Part shown: positions 36,408-45,855 of the stretch, piece after piece | Layout: each line of letters opens with the position of its first letter | How positions within the stretch are numbered: the stretch's first letter is position 1 | Assembly (NCBI GenBank): GCA_036406675.1 | Contig: DASXAO010000047.1 | Location: forward strand, 4,513 to 68,512 | DNA length: 64,000 nucleotides | Reading direction: 5' to 3' | DNA from: Burkholderiales bacterium | GTDB taxonomy: Bacteria > Pseudomonadota > Gammaproteobacteria > Burkholderiales > SG8-39 | Notes under the pieces: model-generated | Databases searched by the model: none | Told to the model about the DNA's origin: nothing | What the model saw: only the letters and a program-made list of their open reading frames with translations | Program-made: the position numbers and the translations under genes

Positions 36408-37894
36408 CCCGCTCTTATGTAGATTTTCTGGTTGATCCGCAATAGCCCCACTCCGTGATTCCAGCGTTTGAGGTCCGATACTCTAACGTGGTAGCGCTTC
36501 GCGATGCCACTGAGGGTGTCGCCTGGCCTGACGCGGTGCACATGGCGGACTTCGCCGACCGGCGGCGCGTACATGATGGGCAGCTTTGCGCTTACCGCGG
36601 CGGCCTCCGCCTCGGTCGGCACCACCATCTGTTGCGGCACGCGGGACGAATGGGTGTCGATGCCGTTCACGCGCTTGAGCTCGGCCACCGACAGGCCGAA
36701 CTTGTCCGCGATCCTGGCGAGGGTCTCGCCCTTTTCCGGGTGATAGGTCTCCCAGGACACGAGCGACGCGGGGTCCTGCTTGGAGAGGTTGTCGTGGAAC
36801 AGCGCGACCTTGTCCGCGGGCAGGACGATGCGCGTACCCTCGTTGCGGATGAAGGGCCGGCTCAGGCCCGGATTGAGCGCGATGAAGTCCTCGACCGGCA
36901 TTTCCGCAAGGCGCGCCGCGAGCGCGACGTCGACCGCGAGCGGCTCGGTGAGCACGGTGAAGTACGGCTCGTTCGGAATCGGCGCGAGCTCGATGCCGTA
37001 CTTCGCGGGGTCCGAGATGATGTTCTTGAGCGCCTGCAGCTTCGGCACGTACTGGCGCGTCTCCTTCGGCATCTTCAGGTGCGAGTAGTCGGTGGGCTTG
37101 CGTGCCTTGCGGTTCTTCGCCACCGCGCGGCTCACGGCGTTCTCGCCCCAGTTGTAGGAGGCGAGCGCGAGCTGCCAGTCGCCGTGGATCTTGTACAGCT
37201 TCGTCAGGTAGTCGAGCGCGGCGTCGGTGGAATCGACGATGTCGCGCCGGCCGTCGTACCACCAGTTCTGCTGCAGCTCGAAGCGCTTGCCGGTGCCGGG
37301 AATGAACTGCCACAGCCCCGAGGCGTGCGCGCGCGAATAGGCCATCGGGTTGAACGCGCTCTCCACCATCGGCAGCAGCGCGAGCTCCATGGGCAGCCCG
37401 CGGCGCTCGATCTCGTCGACGATGTGATAGAGATACAGCCGGCTGCGGTCGAAGATGCGCTGGAGGTACTCGGGGCGCGCCTTGTAGTAGGCCACGTGCT
37501 TGCGCACCAGGTCGTTGTTCAGGTCGGGCATCGCGAATCCCTGGCGCACGCGCTGCCAGACGTCCTGCGGGCCGGCCGCGGCATCGACCTGCTTGATGCT
37601 CGCCAGCGGGTCCTTGACTTCCCGGCGCTCGCCGTCGAAGGGCGCGAGCTTCGCCGTCTCGAGGACCGGTGCCTGCGGCGCGGGGACCTGCGCCTGCGCC
37701 GGGGCCGGCGCAGGCGGCGCCTGCGGCTCTGCCGGCTTGACCGCGCTCGCAGCCGGCGCCTGGGGGGCGACCGACGCGGCCGGCGCCGGCGCAGCCATGG
37801 GCTGCGCAGGCGGCTGCGGCTCGGTAGCGGGCGGCGCGCTGGCGCACGCCTGCACCAATGCCGCCGCGATGATGGTCAGCAAACGCCTCGTCAT
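36404..37894 (-). CDS. mltD: MltD-like lytic transglycosylase lipoprotein, copy 2 (SLT + 2 LysM)
   Basis: Lipobox ALVQAC, the same SLT block (LPMVESAFNPMAYSRAHASGLWQFIPGTG) and two LysM domains. Its stop overlaps the copy 1 start (ATGA). Confidence 0.88.
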   Translation of the reverse strand: MTRRLLTIIAAALVQACASAPPATEPQPPAQPMAAPAPAASVAPQAPAASAVKPAEPQAPPAPAPAQAQVPAPQAPVLETAKLAPFDGERREVKDPLASIKQVDAAAGPQDVWQRVRQGFAMPDLNNDLVRKHVAYYKARPEYLQRIFDRSRLYLYHIVDEIERRGLPMELALLPMVESAFNPMAYSRAHASGLWQFIPGTGKRFELQQNWWYDGRRDIVDSTDAALDYLTKLYKIHGDWQLALASYNWGENAVSRAVAKNRKARKPTDYSHLKMPKETRQYVPKLQALKNIISDPAKYGIELAPIPNEPYFTVLTEPLAVDVALAARLAEMPVEDFIALNPGLSRPFIRNEGTRIVLPADKVALFHDNLSKQDPASLVSWETYHPEKGETLARIADKFGLSVAELKRVNGIDTHSSRVPQQMVVPTEAEAAAVSAKLPIMYAPPVGEVRHVHRVRPGDTLSGIAKRYHVRVSDLKRWNHGVGLLRINQKIYIRAG

Positions 37895-39093
37895 CGAGCT
37901 TCCAGGTAGATGTTCTGGCCTATCTGCAGCACGTCGGCGCCGGGGTTCCAGCGCCTGAGGTCCGCAAGGCGCACATCGTAGCGCCTCGCGATGGCGCTTA
38001 ATGTGTCGCCTGGCTCAACGCGATGCATATGCGGCACGTTGACCTTCGGGGCGCGCGTTCCTCCGGCGGCGGCGCCCGCCCGTCGGTCCAGCTTGGCGAG
38101 GTTTTCGTGAAAAATTGCCACTTTTTCGGAAGGCAGCACGATGCGCAGGCCCTTCGGCGAGCGCACCAGCGGCCGGCTGAAGCCGGGGTTGAGCGCCTTG
38201 AATTCCTTCACCGGCATCTCGGCGAGCTTCGCCGCGAGCGCGACGTCGAGCTCGGGCCGCCCGGTGAGGACGGTGGTGAAGTAGCGCTCGTTCGGAATCG
38301 GGGCGAGGTCGATGCCGTACTTCGAGGGCTCGGCGATGATATTCTTCAGCGCCTGGAGCTTCGGCACGTAGTTGCGCGTCTCGGCCGGCATCTTGAGGCT
38401 GGCGTAGTCGGTGGGCTTGCCCGCCTTGCGGTTGCGCGCGATCGCGCGCCCCACGGCGTTCTCGCCCCAGTTGTAGGAGGCGAGCACGAGCTGCCAGTCG
38501 CCGTAGCGCTGGTACAGCGCGGTGAGATAGTCGAGCGCGGCGTCGGTGGAGTCGACGATGTCGCGGCGGCCGTCGTACCAGGAGTTCTGCTTGAGGTCGA
38601 AGCGCTTGCCCGTGCCGGGAACGAACTGCCACAGGCCGGAGGCGTGCCTGGGCGAGCGGGCCATCGGGTTGAACTGGCTTTCGACCATCGGCAGCAGCGC
38701 GAGCTCGGTCGGCAGGCCGCGCTTCTCGATCTCCTCCACGATGTGATAGAGGTAAATGCGGCTGCGGTCGAACATGCGCTGCAATTCGCTGCTCGCCGCG
38801 TACTCGCGCGTCCTGCGGCGCACGAGCGCGTTGTCGAGGTCCGGCATGGCGAACCCCTTGCGGATGCGCGCCCAAAGGTCCTTCTGGGGGTCCGGCTTCC
38901 CGGCATCCGTGGGCCGGGTCACGAGATCGACCTTGGTGATGCCGCGCAGCGGCTCGACCACCACGCGATGCTCCCCCTCGAAGGGTGGCAGCCTGGCCGC
39001 CTCCGGCGCCTGCTCCGGAGCGGGCGGCCACGTGCCCGCGCACCCTTGCAGGAGCGCGGCCGTCATGAACCCCACCAGGCTGGCTTTGCGCAT
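37891..39093 (-). CDS. mltD: MltD-like lytic transglycosylase lipoprotein, copy 3 (SLT + 1 LysM)
   Basis: ATG at 39093 (MRKASLVGFMTAALLQGC lipobox) inside ORF 37891..39312. LPMVESQFNPMARSPRHASGLWQFVPGTG and a single C-terminal LysM. Its stop overlaps the copy 2 start. Confidence 0.85.
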   Translation of the reverse strand: MRKASLVGFMTAALLQGCAGTWPPAPEQAPEAARLPPFEGEHRVVVEPLRGITKVDLVTRPTDAGKPDPQKDLWARIRKGFAMPDLDNALVRRRTREYAASSELQRMFDRSRIYLYHIVEEIEKRGLPTELALLPMVESQFNPMARSPRHASGLWQFVPGTGKRFDLKQNSWYDGRRDIVDSTDAALDYLTALYQRYGDWQLVLASYNWGENAVGRAIARNRKAGKPTDYASLKMPAETRNYVPKLQALKNIIAEPSKYGIDLAPIPNERYFTTVLTGRPELDVALAAKLAEMPVKEFKALNPGFSRPLVRSPKGLRIVLPSEKVAIFHENLAKLDRRAGAAAGGTRAPKVNVPHMHRVEPGDTLSAIARRYDVRLADLRRWNPGADVLQIGQNIYLEAR

Positions 39094-39227
39094 GCGGCTC
39101 CGGACGTAAAAAGCGAACGCAGCTTCGCTGGCCCATAATAGGGGCCGGCCGGGGTTCCGGCCGGTTCGAACGGCGCTGCGACAATGGTCCGAACGGCCTT
39201 GGTTGGTTAAACGGAACTTGCTGGAGC

Positions 39228-40010
39228 ATGGATCGCCCGTCTTTTGTTCAGAACGGCGCGCAAAAGTATAACGGCGCGCGCTCTTCGCTCTCCGAGTGGC
39301 TTTCCACGCCACAGGGAGCGTATGTGCTGGACTGGGAGCGCGCGCAGTTCGACAGCGCCGTAGAGGACGTCTTCGGGTTCCGCGCGGTGCAGATCGGCCT
39401 GCCCGAGGTCGATTTTCTGCGAATGAACCGCATTCCGTTCCGTTTCTCGCTCGCGCTCGAGCCGGGGGCGTCGCTCGCCGCCGATCCCTTGCAGCTGCCG
39501 CTCGCGTCGCAAAGCGTCGACCTGGTGGTGCTGCCGCACGTGCTGGAAAGCCACGACCATCCGCACGAGGTGCTGCGCGAGACCGAGCGCGTGCTGATAC
39601 CCGACGGGCAGGTGGTGATCGCGGGCTTCAACACCGGGTCGCTGTGGCGGCTGCGGCAGATGTTTTCCGGGCGCCACCGCTCGGCGCCCTGGGACCTGAA
39701 GTTCATCGGGCTCCTGCGCCTGCGCGACTGGCTGCGCGTGCTCGGCTTCGAGCTGAACGGCGGCAAGTTCGGCTGCTACGCGCCGCCGTTCGGCGAGAAG
39801 CTGTGGCTCGAGCGCTTCGGCTTCATGGAGCAGGCGGGCGCGCGCTGGTGGCCGATCGCGGGTGGTATCTACGTGGTGCGCGCGGTGAAGCGCACGCTCG
39901 GCATGCGCGTCATTACGCCTACTTGGCGCCAGGAGAGGGCGCGCCGTCGGGCGCTTTCCCCGATACCGCAAAAAACCAACGGTCACGCCAAGCACCGGCA
40001 TGACCGATGA
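39228..40010 (+). CDS. Class I SAM-dependent methyltransferase-like protein (conserved neighbour of rnhA)
   Basis: Size and pattern (..[29 protein letters not shown]..) and its position directly upstream of rnhA-dnaQ. The motif match is weak and judged by eye. Confidence 0.6.
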   Translation: MDRPSFVQNGAQKYNGARSSLSEWLSTPQGAYVLDWERAQFDSAVEDVFGFRAVQIGLPEVDFLRMNRIPFRFSLALEPGASLAADPLQLPLASQSVDLVVLPHVLESHDHPHEVLRETERVLIPDGQVVIAGFNTGSLWRLRQMFSGRHRSAPWDLKFIGLLRLRDWLRVLGFELNGGKFGCYAPPFGEKLWLERFGFMEQAGARWWPIAGGIYVVRAVKRTLGMRVITPTWRQERARRRALSPIPQKTNGHAKHRHDR

Positions 40011-40437
40011 GGTCGTCGAGATCTACAGCGACGGCGCCTGCCGCGGCAACCCCGGCCCCGGCGGATGGGGTGCGCTGCTGCGGGCAAAGGGGGCCGAGAA
40101 GGAGCTCTGGGGAGGCGAGGCGCAGACGACCAACAACCGGATGGAGCTCACCGCGGTGATCCGCGCGCTCGACGCGCTCAGGCGCCCGAGCAAGGTCCGC
40201 CTCTACACCGACTCGCTCTACGTAATGAAGGGCATCTCGGAGTGGATCGCGAGCTGGAAGCGGCGCGGCTGGCTCACCGCGGACAAGAAGCCGGTGAAGA
40301 ACGAGGACCTCTGGCGCGAGCTCGAGCGGGCGGCCTCGCGCCACGAGATAGAATGGCACTGGGTGAAGGGCCACGCCGGCCACCCGGAAAACGAGCGGGC
40401 GGACAGACTCGCGAATAAAGGAATACCGATAACTTGA
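40000..40437 (+). CDS. rnhA: Ribonuclease HI
   Basis: [61 protein letters not shown]. Confidence 0.93.
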   Translation: MTDEVVEIYSDGACRGNPGPGGWGALLRAKGAEKELWGGEAQTTNNRMELTAVIRALDALRRPSKVRLYTDSLYVMKGISEWIASWKRRGWLTADKKPVKNEDLWRELERAASRHEIEWHWVKGHAGHPENERADRLANKGIPIT

Positions 40438-41141
40438 GACAAATCGTCCTCGACACCGAGACCACCGGGCTGGACGCGAAAAACGGCGACCGCATCATCG
40501 AAATCGGCTGCGTGGAGGTCCTGAGCCGCAGGATCAGCGACTTGCACTTCCATCACTATCTGAACCCGGAGCGCGAGGTGGACGCTGGGGCGACCCGCAT
40601 CCACGGCAAGACCCTCGAGGACCTTGCCTCGAAGCCGAAATTCGCGGCCGTCGCGCGCGAGTTCGTCGACTATGTCCGCGGCGCCGAGCTCATCATCCAC
40701 AACGCCGACTTCGACGTCGAGTTCCTCGACATGGAGCTCGGCCGCGCCGGCCTCGGCCGGCTCGCCGACCACGTCGCCGGGGTGACCGACTCGCTCGCCT
40801 TCGCGAAGGAGCTGCACCCCGGGCGGAAGAATTCGCTCGACGCGCTCTGCGAGCGCTACAGCGTCGACCACGCGAACCGCACGCTGCACGGGGCGCTGCT
40901 CGACGCCCGCCTGCTCGCGGAGTGCTACCTCGCGATGACGCGCGGGCAGGAGAGCCTGGTGATGGAGCTCGAGGCGCCGGCCGCCGCGGCGGCGGCGGCC
41001 GCAGGCCTGATCCTGGACGTCTCGAAGCTCATCGTGCAGCGCGCGAGCCCCGAAGAGCTCGCCGCGCACGAGAGCTATCTCGACGCGCTGGAGAAGGACG
41101 CGAAGGGCCCGAGCGTGTGGCGCCGGCTCCTAGCCGCCTGA
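40434..41141 (+). CDS. dnaQ: DNA polymerase III epsilon subunit (3'-5' exonuclease)
   Basis: [12 protein letters not shown] (Exo I), [11 protein letters not shown] (Exo II), [14 protein letters not shown] (Exo III). TGAG-type 4-nt overlap with rnhA. Confidence 0.92.
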   Translation: MRQIVLDTETTGLDAKNGDRIIEIGCVEVLSRRISDLHFHHYLNPEREVDAGATRIHGKTLEDLASKPKFAAVAREFVDYVRGAELIIHNADFDVEFLDMELGRAGLGRLADHVAGVTDSLAFAKELHPGRKNSLDALCERYSVDHANRTLHGALLDARLLAECYLAMTRGQESLVMELEAPAAAAAAAAGLILDVSKLIVQRASPEELAAHESYLDALEKDAKGPSVWRRLLAA

Positions 41142-41807
41142 GCTGAAAATCGGGGTCTGACCCCGATTCTTCTGCGGGGCCTGCGGCAGCCACTCGGAAT
41201 CTATGAGCGCACGGCGCGCGCTCGGCAGCGTCACCTGGTAGTCGATGAGGTAGACGGCGAGATCGTCGCCGTGGTCGTCCAGGTGCTTCTGCTCCAGCAC
41301 GTGCACGAACGAGCGCTCGAGCTTCGGCGCGCGTGCGTTGCTTGCCTTGACGAAGAGCTCGAAGTAGTGGCGCCCGGTCGCAATCGCGAAGGGCGCCGCG
41401 CGCGCCCGCTCGGCGACGTCGAACAGGATGAACTTGGAGAGCGAGCGCCGCGCGTCGAGCGCGAAGCCGGTGAACGGCTCGATGCAGTCCTCGCTCAGGC
41501 AGCGGCGGGCATGAATGAAGCGCTGCATGTCGACCTCGGCCACCGGCGACAGGAGCACCGGATGGTCCGCCTGCGCTTCGGGCGTCACGCGCAGCGCGAC
41601 CCACTCGATGACGCCGCCGGCGTGGCCGCCGTTGGAGAAGTGCAGCGGAAGGAGCAGGCGCACGCGGCCGCTTGGCCGGGACTCGCGCGGCAGGATCACG
41701 TCGCCGCCCACGATCTCGGGACAGAACTCGAGCTTGCGCATCCTCAGCGCCGTCAGGCCGGCCACGGCGAGCGCGACGATCGAGAGCGCGAGCGCGACGA
41801 ACTCCAT
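41130..41807 (-). CDS. Membrane-anchored hypothetical protein (225 aa)
   Basis: N-terminal TM helix MEFVALALSIVALAVAGLTAL. No recognisable domain. The last ~13 codons (..[15 protein letters not shown]) are read from the hairpin repeat. Overlaps dnaQ by 12 nt. Confidence 0.5.
   Translation of the reverse strand: MEFVALALSIVALAVAGLTALRMRKLEFCPEIVGGDVILPRESRPSGRVRLLLPLHFSNGGHAGGVIEWVALRVTPEAQADHPVLLSPVAEVDMQRFIHARRCLSEDCIEPFTGFALDARRSLSKFILFDVAERARAAPFAIATGRHYFELFVKASNARAPKLERSFVHVLEQKHLDDHGDDLAVYLIDYQVTLPSARRALIDSEWLPQAPQKNRGQTPIFSSGG
41146..41168. repeat. Hairpin repeat AAAATCGGGGTCTGACCCCGATT (same family as 30682-30734)
   Basis: 10-bp perfect arms, 5 nt after the dnaQ stop. It lies inside the 3' end of the convergent ORF 41130..41807. 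Confidence 0.8.
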
Positions 41808-41931
41808 GGCGGCTATTTCAGTCTAGTCGGCGTAACGCGTCCACCTCCGCTGCGCTGCGTTCGGCCTATGCCCCGACGCCTTCGGCGTCATATTTTGGAG
41901 GTCGTTGGGGGCCGAACGCTATACTGCGGGC

Positions 41932-43569
41932 ATGGCTCCGAAGCCCGATGCCTACGCTCAGGACCTCGACAAAAGCGGCGCCAACTACGTCCCGCTGACG
42001 CCGCTCTCGTTCATCGAGCGCGCGGCGCGCGTCTATCCCCAACGGCCCTCGGTCCTGCACGGCGGCACCCGCTACACCTGGAGCGAGACGTATGCGCGCT
42101 GCAGGAGGCTCGCCTCGGCGCTCGCCCGGCGCGGGATCGGCAAGGGCGATACGGTGGCGGTGATGCTGCCGAACATCCCCGCGATGTACGAGGCGCATTT
42201 CGGCGTGCCCATGTGCGGCGCGGTGCTGAACACGCTCAACACGCGGCTCGACGCCGACGCGATCGCCTTCATGTTGCGGCACGGCGAGGCGAAAGTCCTG
42301 ATCACCGACCGCGAGTTCTCCTCGACCATCGAGAAGGTCGATGTCAGGGTTCCGATCATCGACGTGGACGACCCCGAGTACCCGGGCCCCGGAAAGCGCC
42401 TCGGCGACGCCGACTACGAAAGTTTCCTCGAAACCGGGGATCCCGAATATGCGTGGGCCTGGCCCGGGGACGAGTGGGACGCCATCTCGCTCAACTACAC
42501 CTCCGGCACGACCGGCGACCCGAAGGGCGTGGTGTACCACCACCGCGGCGCCTACCTGAACGCGGTGTGCAACATCGTCACCTGGAGCATGCCGCAGCAC
42601 GCGGTCTATCTCTGGACGCTGCCGATGTTCCATTGCAACGGCTGGACCTTCCCGTGGACCATGGCGGCGAACGCCGGGACCAACGTCTGCCTGCGGCGCG
42701 TGGAGGCGAAGCCGATATTCGAGCTGATCAAGAAGCACAGGGTCACGCACTACTGCGGCGCGCCGATCGTCCACGGCATGCTGGTCAACGCGCCCGACGA
42801 GCTCAAGAAGGGCATCGACCACAAGGTGTACGGGATGGTGGCCGCCGCGGCGCCGCCCGCGGCGATGATCGAGGGCATGGAGCGCATGGGCTTCGACATC
42901 ACCCACGTCTACGGCCTGACCGAGGTCTACGGCCCCGCCACGGTCTGCGCCAAGCACGAGGAATGGAACGCGCTCGACATCGGCGAGCGCACCCGCCTCA
43001 ACGGGCGCCAGGGGGTGCGCTACCTGATGGAGGAGGGCCTCGCGGTGATGGACCCCGAGACCATGAAGCCGGTGCCGGCGGACGGCGAGACCATGGGCGA
43101 GATCATGTTCCGCGGCAACATCACCATGAAGGGCTACCTCAAGAACGACAAGGCGACGCAGGCGGCGTTCGCGGGCGGCTGGTTCCATTCGGGCGATCTC
43201 GCGGTGGTGCACCCCGACGGCTACGTGAAGATCAAGGACCGCTCCAAGGACATCATCATCTCGGGCGGCGAGAACATCTCGTCCATCGAGGTCGAGGACG
43301 TGCTCTACCGCCACCCGGCGGTGCTCGCCGCAGCCGTGGTCGCCAAGCCCGACGAGCGCTGGGGCGAGACGCCTTGCGCCTTCGTCGAGCTCAAGCCCGG
43401 CGCCAGCGTCACCGAGGTGGACGTGATCCACTTCTGCCGTGCCCATCTCGCGCGGTTCAAGGTGCCGCGCGCGGTCGTGTTCGGCGAGCTGCCCAAGACC
43501 TCGACCGGCAAGATCCAGAAGTTCCTGCTGCGCCAGAGGGCGCGCTCCGCGGCCGCGATCGACACGTGA
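41932..43569 (+). CDS. AMP-dependent acyl-CoA synthetase (medium-chain type)
   Basis: ATG at 41932 inside ORF 41905..43569. YTSGTTGDPKGVVYHHRG, YGLTE, WFHSGD and GKIQK C-terminal lysine motif. Confidence 0.88.
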   Translation: MAPKPDAYAQDLDKSGANYVPLTPLSFIERAARVYPQRPSVLHGGTRYTWSETYARCRRLASALARRGIGKGDTVAVMLPNIPAMYEAHFGVPMCGAVLNTLNTRLDADAIAFMLRHGEAKVLITDREFSSTIEKVDVRVPIIDVDDPEYPGPGKRLGDADYESFLETGDPEYAWAWPGDEWDAISLNYTSGTTGDPKGVVYHHRGAYLNAVCNIVTWSMPQHAVYLWTLPMFHCNGWTFPWTMAANAGTNVCLRRVEAKPIFELIKKHRVTHYCGAPIVHGMLVNAPDELKKGIDHKVYGMVAAAAPPAAMIEGMERMGFDITHVYGLTEVYGPATVCAKHEEWNALDIGERTRLNGRQGVRYLMEEGLAVMDPETMKPVPADGETMGEIMFRGNITMKGYLKNDKATQAAFAGGWFHSGDLAVVHPDGYVKIKDRSKDIIISGGENISSIEVEDVLYRHPAVLAAAVVAKPDERWGETPCAFVELKPGASVTEVDVIHFCRAHLARFKVPRAVVFGELPKTSTGKIQKFLLRQRARSAAAIDT

Positions 43570-44354
43570 GCGCCGTCCCAAAATCGGAAGAGCTCTTACT
43601 GCGAGAGGAGCGTGAAGGCATCTGCACGCTGACCATGAACCGGCCTCAGCAGATGAACCTGCTGACCTCCGAGATGCTTTCCGCCCTGCAGTCCGCCTTC
43701 GATGACGTCTCGAAGGACGACAAAGTGCGGGTCGTCATCCTGGCCGCCGCGGGCAAAGGCTTCTGCGCCGGCCACGACCTGAAGGAGATCCGCGCGCTGA
43801 AGGAGCAACCGCGGATCGAGCAGCTCTTCGCCCAGTGCAGCCGCATGATGCAGGCCATCACCGCGCTGCCGCAGCCGGTGATCGCGCGCGTGCAAGGCGC
43901 GGCGGCGGCTGCCGGCTGCCAGCTCGTCGCCCAATGCGACCTCGCGGTCGCGTCGCAGGTGGCCAGGTTCACCACGCCGGGCGTCACCTGGGGATTCTTC
44001 TGCTCCACGCCCGGGGTCGCGGTCGGCCGCAACATCTCGCGCAAGCACGCAATGGAGATGCTTCTGACCGGCGATGTCATCGACGCACACAAGGCGCTGG
44101 AATGGGGCCTGGTCAACCGGGTGGTCCCGGCCGCTTCGCTCGACGAAGAGACACGCAAGCTGGCAGCGCGGATCGCGGAGAAGCCGCCCGAAACGACCGC
44201 CGCCGGAAAGCGCGCCTTCTACCAGCAGATGGACCTCGGTGTCGCCCGAGCCTACGACCTCGCGAGCCAGGTCATCTCCTCGAGCTTCGCCCACGCCGAA
44301 GGGCGCGAGGGCATGGACGCCTTCATCGACAAGCGAGCGCCGCCGAAGCATTGA
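43566..44354 (+). CDS. Enoyl-CoA hydratase/isomerase (crotonase) family protein
   Basis: GTGA overlap with the ligase stop. VVILAAAGKGFCAGHDLKE, AAAAGCQLVAQCDLAVAS, EGREGMDAFIDKR. Confidence 0.85.
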   Translation: MSAVPKSEELLLREEREGICTLTMNRPQQMNLLTSEMLSALQSAFDDVSKDDKVRVVILAAAGKGFCAGHDLKEIRALKEQPRIEQLFAQCSRMMQAITALPQPVIARVQGAAAAAGCQLVAQCDLAVASQVARFTTPGVTWGFFCSTPGVAVGRNISRKHAMEMLLTGDVIDAHKALEWGLVNRVVPAASLDEETRKLAARIAEKPPETTAAGKRAFYQQMDLGVARAYDLASQVISSSFAHAEGREGMDAFIDKRAPPKH

Positions 44355-44389
44355 TTGGCTGTATCATCCGCCCCTGGAGCGAGGGGCGG

Positions 44390-45145
44390 TTGGCCGACGA
44401 AACGATTCTCGAAACGCGCGGGCTGACCAAGGAGTTCAAGGGGTTCGTAGCGGTCAAGGACGTCTCGCTGAAGGTCCGGCGCGGCAGCATCCACGCGCTT
44501 ATCGGTCCGAACGGCGCCGGCAAGACGACGTGCTTCAACCTGCTCACCCACTTCCTTGAGCCGACGCGCGGGCAGATCTTCTTCAAGGGGCGCGAGATCA
44601 CCGGCTCGCCGCCCGCGCGCATCGCGCGCATGGGCCTCGTGCGCTCGTTCCAGATCTCGGCGGTCTTTCCGCACCTCACCGTGCTCGAGAACGTGCGCGT
44701 GGCGTTGCAGAGGAAGCGCGGCGCGTCGTTCGATTTCTGGAGATCGGAAAAAATCCTGAAAACGCTCGATGAGCCCGCCCGCGAGCTCATCGCCGCGGTG
44801 GGCCTGTCCGATTTCGAGGAGACCGTGGCGGTCGAGCTGCCCTACGGGCGCAAGCGCGCGCTCGAGATCGCGACCACGCTCGCGCTCGACCCGGAGATGA
44901 TGCTGCTCGACGAGCCCACCGCCGGCATGACGCATGCCGACGTGGAGCGGATCAGCGCGCTCATCAGGAAGGTGTCGGCGAACCGCACCGTGCTCATGGT
45001 CGAGCACAACCTCTCGGTCGTCTCCACGCTTTCGGACCGGATCACGGTGCTCCAGCGCGGCGAGATCCTCGCCGAAGGCGATTACGCGACGGTGTCGAAG
45101 AATCCGCAGGTCGTCGAGGCCTACCTGGGGGCGGGGCATGCTTGA
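44390..45145 (+). CDS. Branched-chain-amino-acid-type (HAAT family) ABC ATPase, LivG-like
   Basis: In-frame TTG at 44390 after GGAGCGAGGGG. ILETRGLTKEFKGFVAV, GPNGAGKTT, LPYGRKRALEIA, MLLDEPTAGM. Confidence 0.85.
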   Translation: MADETILETRGLTKEFKGFVAVKDVSLKVRRGSIHALIGPNGAGKTTCFNLLTHFLEPTRGQIFFKGREITGSPPARIARMGLVRSFQISAVFPHLTVLENVRVALQRKRGASFDFWRSEKILKTLDEPARELIAAVGLSDFEETVAVELPYGRKRALEIATTLALDPEMMLLDEPTAGMTHADVERISALIRKVSANRTVLMVEHNLSVVSTLSDRITVLQRGEILAEGDYATVSKNPQVVEAYLGAGHA

Positions 45146-45830
45146 GGTAAGAGGACTCAATGCCTGGTACGGCGAATCGCACATCCTCCACGGCATGGAC
45201 TTCGACGTCGGCGAAGGCGAGGTGGTGACCCTTCTCGGCCGCAACGGCGCCGGCAAGACCACCACCATGAAGTCGATCATGGGCATGGTCGGCCGCAGGA
45301 CGGGTTCAATAAAATTCAAGAATGAGGAATTGATTGGACTGCCGTCCAATCGCGTCGCGCGCCTGGGAATCGCGTTCTGCCCCGAGGAGCGCGGCATCTT
45401 CGCGAGCCTCGACGTGGAGGAGAACCTGATGCTGCCGCCGCAGGTGGCCGCGGGCGGCCTCGAGGTGCAGCGGATCTTCGAGCTCTTTCCCAACCTGCGC
45501 GAGCGCCTGAGGAGCCAGGGCACCAAGCTCTCCGGCGGCGAGCAGCAGATGCTCGCCATCGGCCGGATCCTGCGGACCGGGGCGCGGCTCTTGCTGCTCG
45601 ACGAGCCGACCGAGGGCCTCGCCCCGGTGATCGTGCAGCAGATCGGCCGCACGATCTCGCGGCTGAAGCAGCAGGGCTTCACCATCCTGCTGGTGGAGCA
45701 GAATTTCAGGTTCGCCCAGACGGTGGCCGACCGGCACTATATCGTCGAGCACGGGCGGGTCGTGGACATGGTCCCCGGGGCCCAACTCGAGGCCAACATG
45801 GGACGCGTGCACGAGTATCTCGGAGTCTGA
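45138..45830 (+). CDS. HAAT-family ABC ATPase, LivF-like
   Basis: MLEVRGLNAWYG, GRNGAGKTT, LSGGEQQMLAIGR, LLLDEPTEGLAP. 8-nt overlap with the upstream gene. Confidence 0.88.
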   Translation: MLEVRGLNAWYGESHILHGMDFDVGEGEVVTLLGRNGAGKTTTMKSIMGMVGRRTGSIKFKNEELIGLPSNRVARLGIAFCPEERGIFASLDVEENLMLPPQVAAGGLEVQRIFELFPNLRERLRSQGTKLSGGEQQMLAIGRILRTGARLLLLDEPTEGLAPVIVQQIGRTISRLKQQGFTILLVEQNFRFAQTVADRHYIVEHGRVVDMVPGAQLEANMGRVHEYLGV

Positions 45831-45855
45831 TTTCATAACTATGAAGGAGATGAAG

